Assembly (NCBI RefSeq): GCF_009834535.1
Contig: NC_045697.1
Location: forward strand, 88,724,001 to 88,788,000
Direction of reading: 5' to 3'
Length of the DNA: 64,000 nt
From: Camelus ferus
Lineage: Eukaryota
This document shows, one piece after another, positions 1 through 14,039 of this stretch. Every line of letters begins with the position of its first letter. The first letter of the stretch is position 1. The position numbers and the translations under genes were made by a program. A model generated the notes under the pieces. That model was not told the DNA's origin. It did not search any database and worked only from the letters and a program-made list of their open reading frames with translations.

Positions 1-329
1 CCTATCCTCGTTGATCAGAGTTTTGAAATTCTTTGGCTCTGATTTTCTCCAGGAGTTTTTAAATAGCGCTATGACTCTAATATTGACAGAGATATGGGTT
101 TTATACCTTGTAATTGTGGGTTTATTCATTTAACTCAGTGAACATTGTATCATCTGTACCATCATTTCCATGTATAGGAAAAAGAGAGAAAGAGAGTGTG
201 ATGGCCCCAAAAAATCTCTTCTAGGAAGTAAACTACAGGTTTTCTGAAGCTCTATTGTTCCTGTATTTTAAACAAAAAATCGTGGAAAGTGGAAGAGCCC
301 AGAAAATGTGATGGTTAATTAAGAGAAAA

Positions 330-1215
330 ATAGAAAATAGAAGCAGCTCCAAGGATAATCCAGAAAATGGATTCAACAATCAAATGCTTTAAAATAATTA
401 TAGCTAACATTTTAAAAGTAGAAAAAAAAAGATATACAAAATAGATGAAAATAGAATCTCAACAAAGAATAGAAATGTGCATTAAAACAAAAACAAATGG
501 ACGTCCTAGAACTGAAAAATCCAGAACCTAAAATTAAGAACTCAGTGTAGAGGTTTTAAAGGAGACTAAATTAAACAGAAGATAGAATTAGTCAACATAT
601 GACAGGTTATAAGAATATATTTCAACTGAGACACAGAGAAAAAGCTAGAAAGAACCAAGCCTAAGAGATATGATGTCAAATGGTCTGGTGTGCCTTTAAT
701 TGGAGTTTCAGAAGAAGAGAAGAATGAAAATGGGACAGAAACAGTATTTGTAAAAACTTATGCATAGGATTTTTCAGAATTGTTGGAAGGCATTTTGTTA
801 ATTCATGAATCCAGAAGTTCTGCAAATCTCAAACAGAATAATTTCAAAGAAAGCAAACCCTAGGTATGCTATAGGCCAACTGTGAAAGCCAAGTGAAAAC
901 AAACCAAAAAAAGCAGCTAGAGAAAAAAGAAACATTAACCTCAAAGAATCAATAATGAATGATAGTTGATTTTCAATGAACAGCATGAAAGCTTAAAAAA
1001 GTGGAATATTAGCATTAAAATGCTAAAAGAAAGATAAATAATAACTAGCCTCAAATTCTGTAGCCAGCAAAATTATCCCTCAAAAATTAAACAACTATGT
1101 TTGTATGCAAACAAAAGTTCAGGCCGTTCATCACCAAGATCTGCAGCAGAAGAAATATTAAGGGAAGTTATTCAGACTGAAGGTAAATGAACCCAGATAG
1201 AAACACCAAATTTCA
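330..1215 (+). mobile_element. Ancient L1 fragment (ORF1 region), degenerate
   Basis: A-rich with L1 ORF1-like motifs (gaactgaaaaat…aaaattaagaactca…gaagatagaattagt; taattggagtttcagaag; aattctgtagccagcaaaattatcc). Confidence 0.7.
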
Positions 1216-1229
1216 AGATGGCTCTGGTG

Positions 1230-1549
1230 AGCAGGTGAGCAAGAGAGATGACTGTAGAAGACTGGGTGGAGTTGCAAAGTTGCTCGCTTTGAAGAGGAAG
1301 GGAGGGACCATGAATCAGGAATCTGCGCAGCCTCTAGAATTCAGATAAGGCAAAAAAAAAAAAAAAGAAAAAAGAAAGAAACAGATTTTCCCCTGGATAT
1401 TCATGAAAGGAACATAGCTGACACCCTGATTTAAGCCCCGTGAGACTGTGTCAGACAAAACCACAAAACTGTATAATAATAAGTTGGCATGTTTTTAAAA
1501 ACTATTTATTGTGTAGTAACCTGCTAGAGCAACAGTAGAAACCAATACA
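1230..1549 (+). mobile_element. MaLR LTR (MLT1-like), 3' part
   Basis: gcagcctctagaa…acagattttccc…ctgacaccctgatt…aataag…agaaaccaataca terminus typical of MLT1. Confidence 0.75.
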
Positions 1550-1569
1550 GAAAGGCAAATCGAACAAGC

Positions 1570-1990
1570 AATAAAATACTACTACACACCCACTAGAGCT
1601 GCTAAAACCAGGTTTGGGCAAGAATGTGCTGAAACTGTCACACTGCTAGTGCGAGTATAGAAATGGTATATGTACTATTGAACAGTCTGGCATTTTTCTC
1701 CTAAAGCTAAAGCACACCCAAGTTATGACCTAGTCATTTCACTTTTGAGCATACACCAATGAAAAATGAGTAATTATGTTTACAAAAGACATGCATATGA
1801 ATGTTTTTATCAGTTGTTTATCAAAAGCAAAGCCTGAAAACTCATCAACAGAAGAATGGACAAAAATTGAGACATACCCATACAATGGACCACTACGTAG
1901 CACTTACAAAGAATGCCCTACTGATGTACACAATAGAATCTCTCTCTATATATACATATATATGTATAAATATATGTGTGTGTATAAAAT
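1570..1990 (+). mobile_element. Old L1 3'-region fragment
   Basis: tactacacacccactag…tatgacctagtcatttcactt…catcaacagaagaatggacaaa…catacaatgga are L1 3'-end motifs. Confidence 0.65.
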
Positions 1991-2112
1991 CAAGGTGAAA
2001 ACAGAAGATTGCAGCACTTTATGTACCTTTACGCATTATACTCTTCAATAAAAGTATAATAGCACAGCACCCTGTGGAATTATAACTTACGCAGCAATAA
2101 AATAAATAGCAA

Positions 2113-2598
2113 TGGGGGGGAGCAAAATATGCCACCCCAAAATATGCCTCTTTAGCATGTTGATTATTTTGAATTAAAGTTACATAAGAAACAGCTGGTG
2201 TGAGAAGGACACTCTGACACTCCTTTGTCCTCTGGAAAGGAGGAAATAAATCTCCCATGTAATGGCATCCTTCCTATACCAGGAGGGTAGAAGGCATCCT
2301 TATCACCAGAGATAGGGAATTCAAGGCTGGAAAGACTGTATCAATGACTATATTACTTCTTTATTAATTTGCTACCCCAAACTCAAACCCCTTTGTCAAT
2401 TCTTCACAAACTGTGTGTTTGTCCAAAAAGTATAGAAGTTTCCTGCTTTGGTCACTTCTTTTAAGTTACACATTTTTATAGGTCTCTATGTACAAAATTA
2501 AATTTGTTCTCCTTTTAATCTGTCTCATATTAATTTAACTATTAGACCAGCCAAAATACCTAAAAGGGAAGAAGGAAAAAGTCCCCCCCCCCAATACA
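2113..2598 (+). mobile_element. ERV1 solo LTR, MER34-like
   Basis: Begins tg…aaaatatgccaccccaaaatatgcctcttt (MER34-type 5' end); attaaa signal; ends cccc…aca. Confidence 0.7.
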
Positions 2599-5500
2599 AT
2601 AACAACACAAAGGGCAAGAGGCAATGCGTGAAATTAAATCATATTAAGTTTCTTGCAGAAAGTGGTAAAAAAAAAATTTATGGTAGATTGTACTGTGTCT
2701 GGGATTATGTTAAAGCATAGGGAAATCACTAAAAGAATAACACAAGAACAGATTACTAAAAGGCTAAGTCAAGGAGAAAAATAGAATAAAATTATTTGAT
2801 TAGCCCAAAATCAATCAAGAAAGGTAAAATAAAGAAACAAGTAACAAAGTGAAAAAAATTGCAAGGTGAAGGTCATGAATTATTACATCATTACATTCAA
2901 TTTAAAGGTAGATTAACATTAGATATAAGAACATAGCACAGGAAAACTATTCACAACAGAAAAATTATCATCATCATTACAAAGTTGAAGACGAGGGCAT
3001 TATTTTAGTAGTTTAGCAGAATAGTGATAAATGGTTCATCATAGACAAAGAATAAAGAATTAAAACGAGAAGACAGTAGAGTTTTCCTTCAAAAGAATCA
3101 TTCAGGTGGAAATCAAATTAAAGTTCTATAAAATGGTAATTGTAGCTGGGCATCCATTATAGTTATATTTCTTAAAATAGTTTTGAATACCAGCTCTGGC
3201 TTTCAGAGTAACTTTCATTGGCCTAACTTTTGTAATATTGCTTTTCCAAGAATTAAATCTTATTAAAGATATGAAAAAGAATTCCTCCCCACTTTATTCC
3301 ATATGTCTGTCTTGAACAGATATTATATTTATTTTTAATTACTTTGAGAAAATCATACTTTTATCACTGTGAATAGGGCTACATCCCTTGGTGATAAATT
3401 AGGGTCTCCTTTGAAGAGGAGGGGATTATTTGTAATGTCAATCAACCAGTGTCAAGTGTTGAGACAGGACATTGAAATACACAATTCAGGTCTCACCTAC
3501 GTGTGGCAAAGGGAACCTATTTCTCTTTCTGAGACTCCTCTTATCTCTAGGTTTTGAAGAAGTGGCCAGGTTTTAATTGTCTAATAAGATCTTTTTATCA
3601 TACTAGGGAGGCTAGCATCCTACAGGCAAAATCAAATTTAAGATTATAAAGCTTTATATGTAAGCAATAATCTAGTTTTATGTTGTGTTCTGTGTTCATC
3701 TTTTTGGTAGTTAACCCTCCTGTTCTTCAGTAATAGCTATTTTATTTCCAGTTATTAGGCTTGTGTCCTTTATGTCCCTGGATGGAAGCAGCAGGGTGGT
3801 GACAGAAATAAGCGGAGAAAGCCACATGGGGGCTGGGCTTTGGCAATGAAGCTCTGGATCTACAAGCTTCAAATTATCTTCCTGACATGCAAATTCTCTG
3901 TCCATTACCAACCACTGACGAATAGGATTTGATTTCATGTAGAAATATACTGGTTTTCTTTGCAGGCTAGAAAAAGGAGATCTTAATTAAAGAGTGGAAG
4001 TTGATGAATGATTCCACTTAGCCCAAATTGAAAATTATATATTTTTGAAAGAAATAAAGTTCTTCCTCTGAGTCATCTTGACTATGATTAATAAAATTAT
4101 CAAAGGTATACAAAGGAAGAATTAGACACAAAATACAGCGTACCTGAAAGCACTAAGATTTGGTTCCTAACATTTCCAGGAAATAGCAGGCACTGATGAA
4201 GAAATGATGAAAGCAGGATACACAGACTGATTTAACTGTAAATAGACTGACATCTGTGCTGTGTGAAAGTTAATGTTTAGTATTACACCATTGCCTTAGA
4301 CAGAGTTGGAACAGACAGCTTTTGCTGACCTGAGTTAAAATAACTTTAAAAATTAAACAACCCGTATAATCACATTTTCATGCCAAAAAAAACCTGTGTA
4401 CTCTATAAAACTCACAAAATTAATTCACTAAGAACATCTTCCTCTATTCCATTTTTTTCTAAATAAAAACAGTCATATTTAGCTTATTGAGAGTGCCTTG
4501 CTGTCATGTGCAAAAATATGTCAGTTGCAAATTTTATTAAGTATATTTTATGATTTTATAAACATAGTATTTTATTCAAAATATATTTTAAATTATAGGA
4601 AATCACTTCTTTTCAAAATGAATACCATAAGGTCATTAGAAGACAAGGGGGTGACTTCTAGAATAACATACAGGCTTCCACGTAACATTATAACCCTTCA
4701 TTTTAAAATCAGGGACCTATGGTCTAAATAAGCTACATGATTTATAAAAGATCAAAAATCAAATAAACAGAACTCTACATCTTCTGATTTCCAGATGTGT
4801 GTATTTTAAAAAATACTATACTGTGTTAATATGTCAAATCAGTTTTTATAAGTAATGTCAAAATATATGCTAAGTCCCTGGGACTTCCTATCTGCTCCTC
4901 CTCATGGCCCTTGAAGCCTGACTACTACTACTAAACATTGTGCTCTGGCTGCTCTGTAACTTCTGTCAGCAACTCTTTCCCTCCCAGTTGATTTCATCAC
5001 CACTTGCTTGAGCTCATTCCTCCTTCCCCAAAATCTGGACTCTAAAAACCCAGTGTATTTGTTTTTAAGCCCTTCTCCACATGTTTTCTCTTTCACATAT
5101 CGGTTGGCACCTTGGTTTCATCCTTCTCCCAAGCCTCTCTGACTCACAGCTCTAATGCCAGCATCATTGGCGGTCTTGGTTTAGGACTCCCAGGCTCAGC
5201 CTAATAAGCCCCTATGGACTCCTGACAAACCCCCAAATCTGTGGAATGAGAACATTAATGATAGCAGCAAGTGACTGTTTAATGATTTAACATGGTGCCA
5301 CGATACCTCGATAACGCAGGCATTTCTTCTTGATGATATGCCTTTTCCACGTCACTGGAAGCTCCTTTAGGGCAGGGCCTTCATCTGTATTTTTTTGCTT
5401 TTGGATCCTCGGTCATTAGAAAAGGGCCTGGCACAGAGTACGCATTCAATAAAATATTGGTTGGTATAAATCTTCGTGTGCTGCTATCTCCTCTTTGTGC

Positions 5501-8414
5501 TCACCAGCTGTAGAGCAGTTACGTAGCTTGCTTGAGTTCTTAAAGTAGCGTTTGGACTATAAGCCACGCTTCCCAGGTCTTTTATGGAGCAACTGCTATA
5601 TCCTTTTAAAGATGCCCTTCTGGTTCTTCTGGTGCTTAGAGAGACTAAGCATGCAGTGGAGAATAAGACAAATTTCCTGTCCTGTGGAGCTTGCATAAGC
5701 AATAGGCAGATAAATATGTGTAAAATGAAATGCCACGTTGCCACGCACTAACAGAACGAAGGGTACACCATTACAGATAGTTGGGTGGTCAGGGAAGTGA
5801 TGGCACATGGTACTGTATATTTGTTCCTATATTGCCTACTAGCAGTATGCATGACCCATGTTAACCAGTTAATCACATTTTTTTTGTAACTGAGTCTGAA
5901 ATAGAAGGATTTAGTGTAAGACTTGCCTTAAAGCATATGCTTGTTTTTAGTTGACCTCACTGATAAAAATCCAAATTTACATGAATACAAGTTAAAAGGG
6001 ATGATTCAGGAACATTACAAAAATACTATTCATGTTCATAAAGGATTGATTGATACAGCATTTTTATATAAAATAGTTATATAAAATAGTTTCACACTAT
6101 AGTGAAAGGGAAGCAGTGGCTTTTCACATACCAGTGAGTTTACACTACAAAAAATAACCTACTTAGACCATGTTTTACAAAATTTTGGTTAATTAGCATA
6201 AAATTATTGACACTAAAGTTAGAAAGACTCTCAGAAGATTGATTAGCTAAAACTTCTTCTGAAGGTCTGAAGTATTCAGCAACATATTCAAGGTGACAAG
6301 CAGCTAATTAATTGGGGATCATTGAAGGGAGAGACACATAGACACCTAGTCTCCTCCCTTTTATTGTGGGGTCTTAGAGCAAAGGTAATTCAGTACCAGC
6401 CATATAAGTTGGCAGGACATTTTAGTTGGTGATATAATGAAAATTACTGCAAAAGGCTAAGGAAGATGCATTCTTAAAGGCTTCTGTTTTGTTTGTTTTG
6501 TTGCACTGCATTTTTGTATTTTGTTTTTTTGGTTGAATGATTACAAGAAATCCTATTTCTTCCTCTTTTCAAGGACATAATGTTCAGGTGGTGCCTGCTT
6601 TAGATTCACATCCTTTCTTTCTCTTTGCATTGTTCAAATTCAATTCAGCATCTTTTCATGCTTAAGCAGCCTACTTATCAACAGAGCTCAGTGCTACACT
6701 GAAAAAATGCTAATGTACGTTACAGAGAAACAGGACTTTTATTGTTTTTAGGACTCAAACTGATCTTTTAATAAGTAGGATTCTAGTTTTTATTTTGTAA
6801 AAAGTAAACACTTCAGGAGTTAAAATGAAATTAGACTATAATGTTGTGTGTTACAGAGTTTCCATGGACATTTTATTGCATTTATATGTGGAATTTTTCC
6901 AAAAAAAGTAATCTATTGTGTAGCATATTTTGTGGAACTATAATATATAAATGCAAAAAAAAAAAACCCTTAACTTATTTAAAATATTAGATACTATTTA
7001 CAAAAATACAGAATCTCATAAATTGGCTGTTAAGTAGAAGCTAAAAATATTCCCTAGCATTGCTTTGGCAGTATATTTGCACGCTAGGTAGAACATTTCC
7101 TTTCCATCGACTTTTACTGAAAACTCAGGGATCCATTTTTCTGTGAGTGAATGGATTTGCTCAGCGATGCACTGGGGTCTGCAGGGAAGAAGGGGTTTCA
7201 GACGAAATGGCTGAGCAAGCAGCAGCTGCTCCCCTCCACTGGCTGCATCTCCGAGTGTCACATGTCAGGGGCTTGAACAAATAATGCACCATTGTCCACG
7301 TTTACAAAACTAAGTGTCTGGCCTTGGGAAGTAGCCGGGCATCTGAGCTTAAGGAATTGTGCTCCCACACACCAGCATGCTGCTCAGTGCCTCACCGATG
7401 AACTTCAGGGAGGGGAAGGGGAAAACGATAAAACCCCTCCTATGAGTCCACTCTTGAGTTGTGTTCTTACTTCCTTTGCTATTTGGCATAGTAATATATT
7501 TTTTTTTCCATATCCCAGAAGGCAGCTAATAAACATCTTGTTTGATTGGTTTGATTTAAACAATTTTTCTAATATTTCTAGAGTCATTTGACAAGCTCAA
7601 TCTTTAAGAATGATCCAAACTAACTACTTTGTTCATTCTATTTTCCTATATATTTCACTGTTTTGCACACAATCACCACCAGATGGATAGCTGGAGGAGT
7701 GAGACTTCAATTCTTTTAAGAGTGGAATGTTAGCTGTGGATAATTCAGCAAACAGACCTTATCAATTTGACCTAAAAGTCTCTGTAACTATATGACAGGA
7801 ACTCCTGCTGACTGGCTGTATGGTTTTAGAAGCACGTGCTACAATTATTTCTTTTGTTTTCAGAAGCTCATGCAAAATTCGATATTCACAGCTGCTAGGC
7901 ATCAATTTGGTTGAGAAACAATCTCACCACAAAAAAACAAAAAAGTGACTGATTCCAGATTACTGCCAGATCGTGCATTGTAGAGCTGGAGAGGATTATT
8001 CAAGTTTAAGTGCTGCAAAAGTAGCCATGACCCAGGTGGGCTATAAGGTTTCAGTGAGCCACGCCAGACAACTGTCTGCTGATACTGCTTGATAGCATCT
8101 AGGAATTCCTCGGAGTGAGGTTAAGTATGGTAGCTACAATTTTATTTTTTTTCTCCTCAGAATGACTGTACTGAAGCAGACAACTGATAGAGGAATTACA
8201 AGATTGAACCTAATACATGTTTGTTTGCTGAGAAACTCAAATCAAAATTTCTATGTACAATATAAATAAAATTGACACTGTGCATTACATAAAATCTCTA
8301 TATAAGCATTGTTTTTTTACAAATTGATCTGGACTAAGTTAAGAAAACATATATACAGAGGCTTAAATACAAACTAAGAACATTATTTAGAAAGCCTTTT
8401 TTATTATTATTTTA

Positions 8415-8566
8415 TTTATTTATTCATTTGTGGTTTTGGGGGGGTAATTAGGTTTATTTATTTATTCTTTTTTGTTTGTTTTGTTTTTAACGAAGGTACA
8501 GGGGATTGAACACAGGACCTTGTGCCTGCTAAGAACACACTCTATCACTGAGCTATACCCTCTCCC
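8415..8566 (-). mobile_element. tRNA-derived SINE (camelid Vic-1-like)
   Basis: Minus strand reads GGGAGAGGGTATAGCTCAGTGATAGAG…GTTCAATCCCC…CCTAATTACCCCC + A-rich tail; 14-bp TSD ttattattatttta (8401-8414, 8567-8580). Confidence 0.9.
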
Positions 8567-11351
8567 TTATTATTATTTTAATTGCATCTCCTTAACTATT
8601 ACTCTTGGAGTATTAGTTAACATTTTAAAAGAGGAACAATTATGTGAGAAAATGATCGCAGCTACATAAAAAAGATGGAAAGTCATACTGACAAACAACA
8701 AAGGGGAGAAAAGGTATTTACTGCACTCTTTTGTATTACAATAGGAATTCTTGTCAGTAACTCTTCAAGAATTACATCAGTTTTAGGGATTCCTCATCCC
8801 TGCCCAACTGTATGTGTGGTGTGTTGTAATACAAGACTTATTGCTGTGAAATAGATTAAATATGCTTAAAAAATAAGAGTTTAATCTTCGTATCTTTTAC
8901 AACTTTAAAATAAGCATAAATTTAAATGAAAGCATTACAGAAAATGATTTCTACATACACACTGTTTTGCTTTTGTTCAGAATGTGTCTTGTGCCCTTAG
9001 GCGGAGAGCTACTTCATCTTCCGTCCTTCTGTTGTTATACAGATTTCCAAGCACCATCATTATCATTTCTAAATGTTTATGGTCATTACATACACAGATT
9101 TCTGGTGCTATCACTCCCCACCCCTATTCCAGACATATATGATAGTTGTTATATTTGCATATTAGCTTGTAACTGTGTACTTCCACCTCTGCCAAACAAG
9201 ATTTCTGCTTTGGCAAAATAAGCATTTTCTAACTCTACATAGCCTTTGCTTAGCCATCGACCTGCCAAATACAGGTATGATAAGAATATTCAGAATAAGA
9301 AATATTCAGAAACACTGAACCTAGACTCTCCAAATTTGCTATGCTGTGAGTTCCTTACTTTAAAAGGCAGAGTAATGTTTCCAATAAAATAGAAGAGTAT
9401 ATGGTTGGATTTGGAGGAACAAGAAATCAGGAGACTAAGTTGCTGTGTGTTGTAAGCAAGTCAGTTTTCTCACATGAATCTTACATGACTGTAAAGAGGA
9501 TATGTAAAATAAGGAAGAGAAAAAGACGATCCCTGAAGTCTTTTCCAAATCTAAGATGCTACCTATCATTAATTTAACAAACACCTTTATGTACACAGCA
9601 TCATCATGAATTAGAGCATTCAGAGGCTTTGGTCCTGCCTTCGCTAGGTTTTACCTATAGATTATCAATATAGATACAGGTGATACAGATATATGCCTTG
9701 TTTTGCCTTTTCCCTCCTAGTCTTCTGTTGAATATCCATTTTTTTAAACAAGAGACAGGATTGTATTCAGGTTTGCAATGTGTCCTGTTAAAATTCTAAA
9801 TTCCCAAAGCCTCCTTGCTCCTAAGTACAGCTGTATGGTATTATACTGAGCAAGACGATCAAAGTTGAAATCAGTCAAATGGATTTTACTGAAAGCAAAT
9901 TATTTTTCATATTGAAAAGGGAAAGGTCTAGCTGGCAAAGGTCAACATTTGCAATCTGCTTTCTGTCTGGGGTGTGGAATAGTTGTCTGGAGACAAAGCA
10001 GCCGTCTTGCACCCATGAGCAGGAGGCGAGGAGGAGTCTGTATCTCAGTGTCTCCACCTGGAGGGCTGTCCAGTCCTGGGCTACCTGCCATTTGGACTTC
10101 TTCCATGAGAATTGAACTTACAAGTGATCAAGACACTGTAGTTTATGTTCCTGTTGTTTGCAGCCTGAGCAAACCTAATCACCTGTTGCTATATCTCTCA
10201 AGCAGTCGCGCATGTTGTCTGTACAAGCGCTATGTAAGTTATCAATGGATTCTTTATAAAACTTAAAATCTAAATATATACACACTTTTTTTATGCTTTC
10301 ACTAAGTTAATAGCTTTTTTTAAATCTCTCTAAGTTTCTGTCTTCGTTCTGTTAGTTGCTGTTATATTGTTTCCCATATTTTTCTTTCATTCAATATTCG
10401 TGTTAGAATTTCCAATCATCTTATCAAAGAACTTCAGATAGAGAATTGCTATTTTATTTACATGTTTGTCAAATACTATACCTGGTTACTCGAGGAATAG
10501 ATGGCCCAGTAATTTGCTATACTTTCAGTTATCTATCCCTTTCTTAGTCTGCTGGTTTAGGATAATACCTTACAGATCCATTTGATTTGTTTAGCATCTC
10601 AATTTACTCTTCATCCTACTCAAAGAATTATTTATAATTTTATTTTTACTTTTATTTCCTTATTCTTTATTTCTAACCTTTATAATCCTTGGCTTTTATT
10701 TTCCTACATTGCTATTTATTTCCTGTATGATTGTCACCTGTGTCCTCATTTCCCTTTGAAATTATCTCTGTGTGATTCTGATTGTCTGCATATATGGCCA
10801 CATTTCTCAATTTGACATTTCAAACTATCCTTATTTTATTTATATATATATATAAATTATATATATATAATGTTTTAAGACAATAGACAAACAATGTATA
10901 TGAATAGTCTCCATGGCTTATGTCCTAAGGAGGGTCCCCTTGTCCATTAAAGACCATGTAACTTAAGAGGATTGTTGTGGTCTTCTATCTTGGGACTACT
11001 CTTAAAAATGCTGATAAGACAGGATTTTCTAAGGTATATACCTCTAATAACCTAGAAATTATGTCAAATGTTAGGACATGTATCCTGACAACTATAGTAA
11101 AATTCATCCAAATTATGTTTCTAAAGTACATCTAATACAAATCAAGTTTTGTATGAAGGAACCATTTGGAGAATTCTTAGAAATTATTTTATAGTGTATA
11201 CACATTTACTTTTTAATTTAACAAATTTTATTAACTCTTCCTATCTTCCAGGTTCTATGCAAAGTTCTACAGGTCAAAGGTTAAGATGGCGCCTCTGTCC
11301 TCATGGATTTACATGGGAAGCATAAGCTAAAATGCTGTGGTTGGTCTAATT

Positions 11352-11567
11352 CAAGAATAGCAAACTATAGCTCACACTCAAAGTCTGAGCTGCTAGTTGA
11401 TTTTTGGTAAATGGTTTTACTGAAACATAGCCATGCCCATTAATTTATATATTGTCTCTGATTGTTTTCATGCTACAGTGGCAGAGTTGACTATTTAGGA
11501 CAGAGATCAGATGGCCTGCAAAGCTAAAAATACTATCTGGTCTTTACAGAAAGTCTGCTGACATCTG
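11352..11567 (+). mobile_element. MER58A-like hAT-Charlie non-autonomous DNA transposon
   Basis: gcaaacta…ttttactgaaacatagccatgccc…tggcctgcaaagctaaaaatactatctgg…tgctgacatctg; perfect 8-bp TSD gtctaatt (11344-11351, 11568-11575). Confidence 0.85.
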
Positions 11568-12363
11568 GTCTAATTGTTCGTTCAGTAATTAAGTGACAGT
11601 CATGGATATTTTAGTCAGCTGTTTAAAATATGGACTGGATGTGTGAAAGCAATGACTATTGATGGTTTAGTTAATGAAAAAGTCATACCAGTTTGTACAA
11701 GAGCCTTCATTCGATGCAACCAATCCTGCATTAATTTGCTCATAACTCTCTCTCAAATGTGCAACATCATCAATCCAAGGATCGATGATTTATTTTACCA
11801 ATTTTATGACCCTCCCATTGAGGTACAGACACAATGCCATAATTAATGTAAGAGCTTGTACTTACAATCATTATATTAAGTATCCTGGAGAAATAGCCAA
11901 TGAGGTTAGTGTGTCAATAGAGCACCTTAGAAGAATTCATTTCTCTTAAAGCTCATAATGGCTTTGAAGTGTTTTACCTGTGAAAATAAGAACACTTAGG
12001 GACCTATCCAAATATTTTCAGTTGAGCAAATTTGTTGATGTTTATGGGACCTTATAGATTCTAGTTGTAAAGTATGATTGCCAAGAATAGTCCTTATATG
12101 GAATAAACTCTAAACTCCCTCACATTCTCAGGAAGTCTACTGTCTAAGTCACATTCTTCTTCCTTCTCCTAGTAATTAACCATTTAAATGACACTGATAA
12201 AGCCTCCTGGGTGTTCTATCAACTCCCTATTTAATTTTATAGCAGGGTTTTTGGATAAAAAGTGTACAAGGAATAATCAATTATCCCCTTAGTTTTCAAA
12301 GGAATGTATATTTCTAGAATTATTTAATCTCACGTCACATCAGATTTGCAGAGAAATAAATTC

Positions 12364-12677
12364 ATGCAATGGATAGAAAACTTGCATGGAATTAAAAACT
12401 AGTTATAGCTTCATCATTGTTGAGTAATAGAAGAAAATTCCCTGCCCCTAAAATGATAGATTGGTAGTTGACCCTCTTCTCCTTCAAAGAAAGGAATAGC
12501 TAGTGAAATACTTTTGAATTATGCAATGGATAGAAAACTTGCATGGAATTAAAAACTAGTTATAGCTTCATCATTGTTGAGTAATAGAAGAAAATTCCCT
12601 GCCCCTAAAATGATAGATTGGTAGTTGACCCTCTTCTCCTTCAAAGAAAGAAATAGCTAGTGAAATACTTTTGAATT
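12364..12677. repeat. Direct tandem duplication, 2 x 157 bp
   Basis: 12364-12520 versus 12521-12677; one mismatch seen (G12494/A12651). Confidence 0.95.
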
Positions 12678-14039
12678 ATGTTTACTGATACAAAAAGAAA
12701 TGACTTTCTGTAAATATTTTAGAATAGCTAATATGCTTATATTCCTCTTTTTCATTATTTAGAGTGCTGCTATTATCTATATTATATTCTCTCTGTGCAT
12801 AGGATAGTATATGTGAAAGGTATAGAATTACCCTGGGCTACAAAGGCATCATAAAAACTGATGTAAGAGGGATGGCAAAAGAAACAAGAGTAACTAACAT
12901 TGACTGATTTCTAGGCAGACTTCTAGGTCTCTAACCTGTGTTATTTCATGTCATGAAGACAATTTTACCTCTCCCACATCTTCACTCTGACATTCTAAGG
13001 ATGTGAAAGAAATTGAGAGAATGGAGATTCAGGAAGTACAAATACCAATATTTTTGGTTAGTATGTGGCAGAGCTCATGGTGCAAGTTGTCTTATTCTAA
13101 AACCCATAGACTTCCCTCTAGAGCATCATGCTACTCTAAATTAATCTAAAATATTTGAATGAACAGGTATCAGTATAACTGTATTATATGAAAAATAAAT
13201 TTGGATGATGTTCATGTGGAGAATGGGTGGCAACCTTATAAGCACATCTGCAGGCACATCTTCCTCTCTGAATTATGTGGATGAGTAGAATAGCAAATCT
13301 TCAAGGCTTCTGCCAAATTTAACTTAAAAAATTAAGTTCACAACTGAAATGTAATAATTCAAGAAGTGGAATATTGGAATTTTGATTCAAAGTAAAAAAT
13401 CTTTCACTGTACCAATGTATATTGATACAATTTTCATAATAGAATACATATTCTCTTTACCAATATGTTAATTATATTTTTAAAATTCAAGAAAAGCTCT
13501 TTAATAATACTTTTAAACTTTCTTTTCTCAGAATGGATGAAGATTAAGTATGACATGAACAATTCAATGTCATGTAACTAGTATTTGAAATTTGGGATTA
13601 GATCCTGCCATTTATTTTTACCAAAAAGAATGATAAATCAGTATGCACTTAGATACCATATTTATATTATCAATTCCAGTATTAAGTTGCCATTATCTAA
13701 AATTTATTCTATTTTTAACTATATTGTATGACTTTTGGATTTTGAGGGCATTTAGAAATCCATTTGTGAGGTCAGATTTCTTACTCTGTGATTTTCAGTA
13801 AAAGACAATGTTATAACTACTAAAGCAGAATGTAAGATAAATGGTAATGTATAAAGATTATTTATTATTATTATTATATTATTATAATGCAAAATTATTA
13901 TAAATAGTGATTTCAAATTATTTTATCTTGAAAAACACGTAACTATTGAGAATAAAATTGTTTTCAGAGATTACTATTAGATTTCAACAAATAGAGAAAA
14001 GTTAAAGCTACTTTACAAAATAAAACAAGAAACAGTTTT

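Noticed and set aside
12364..12677. CRISPR-like or other prokaryotic defence array
   Set aside because: Two-copy tandem duplication without spacers in a mammalian context; no cas-like ORFs anywhere in the window.
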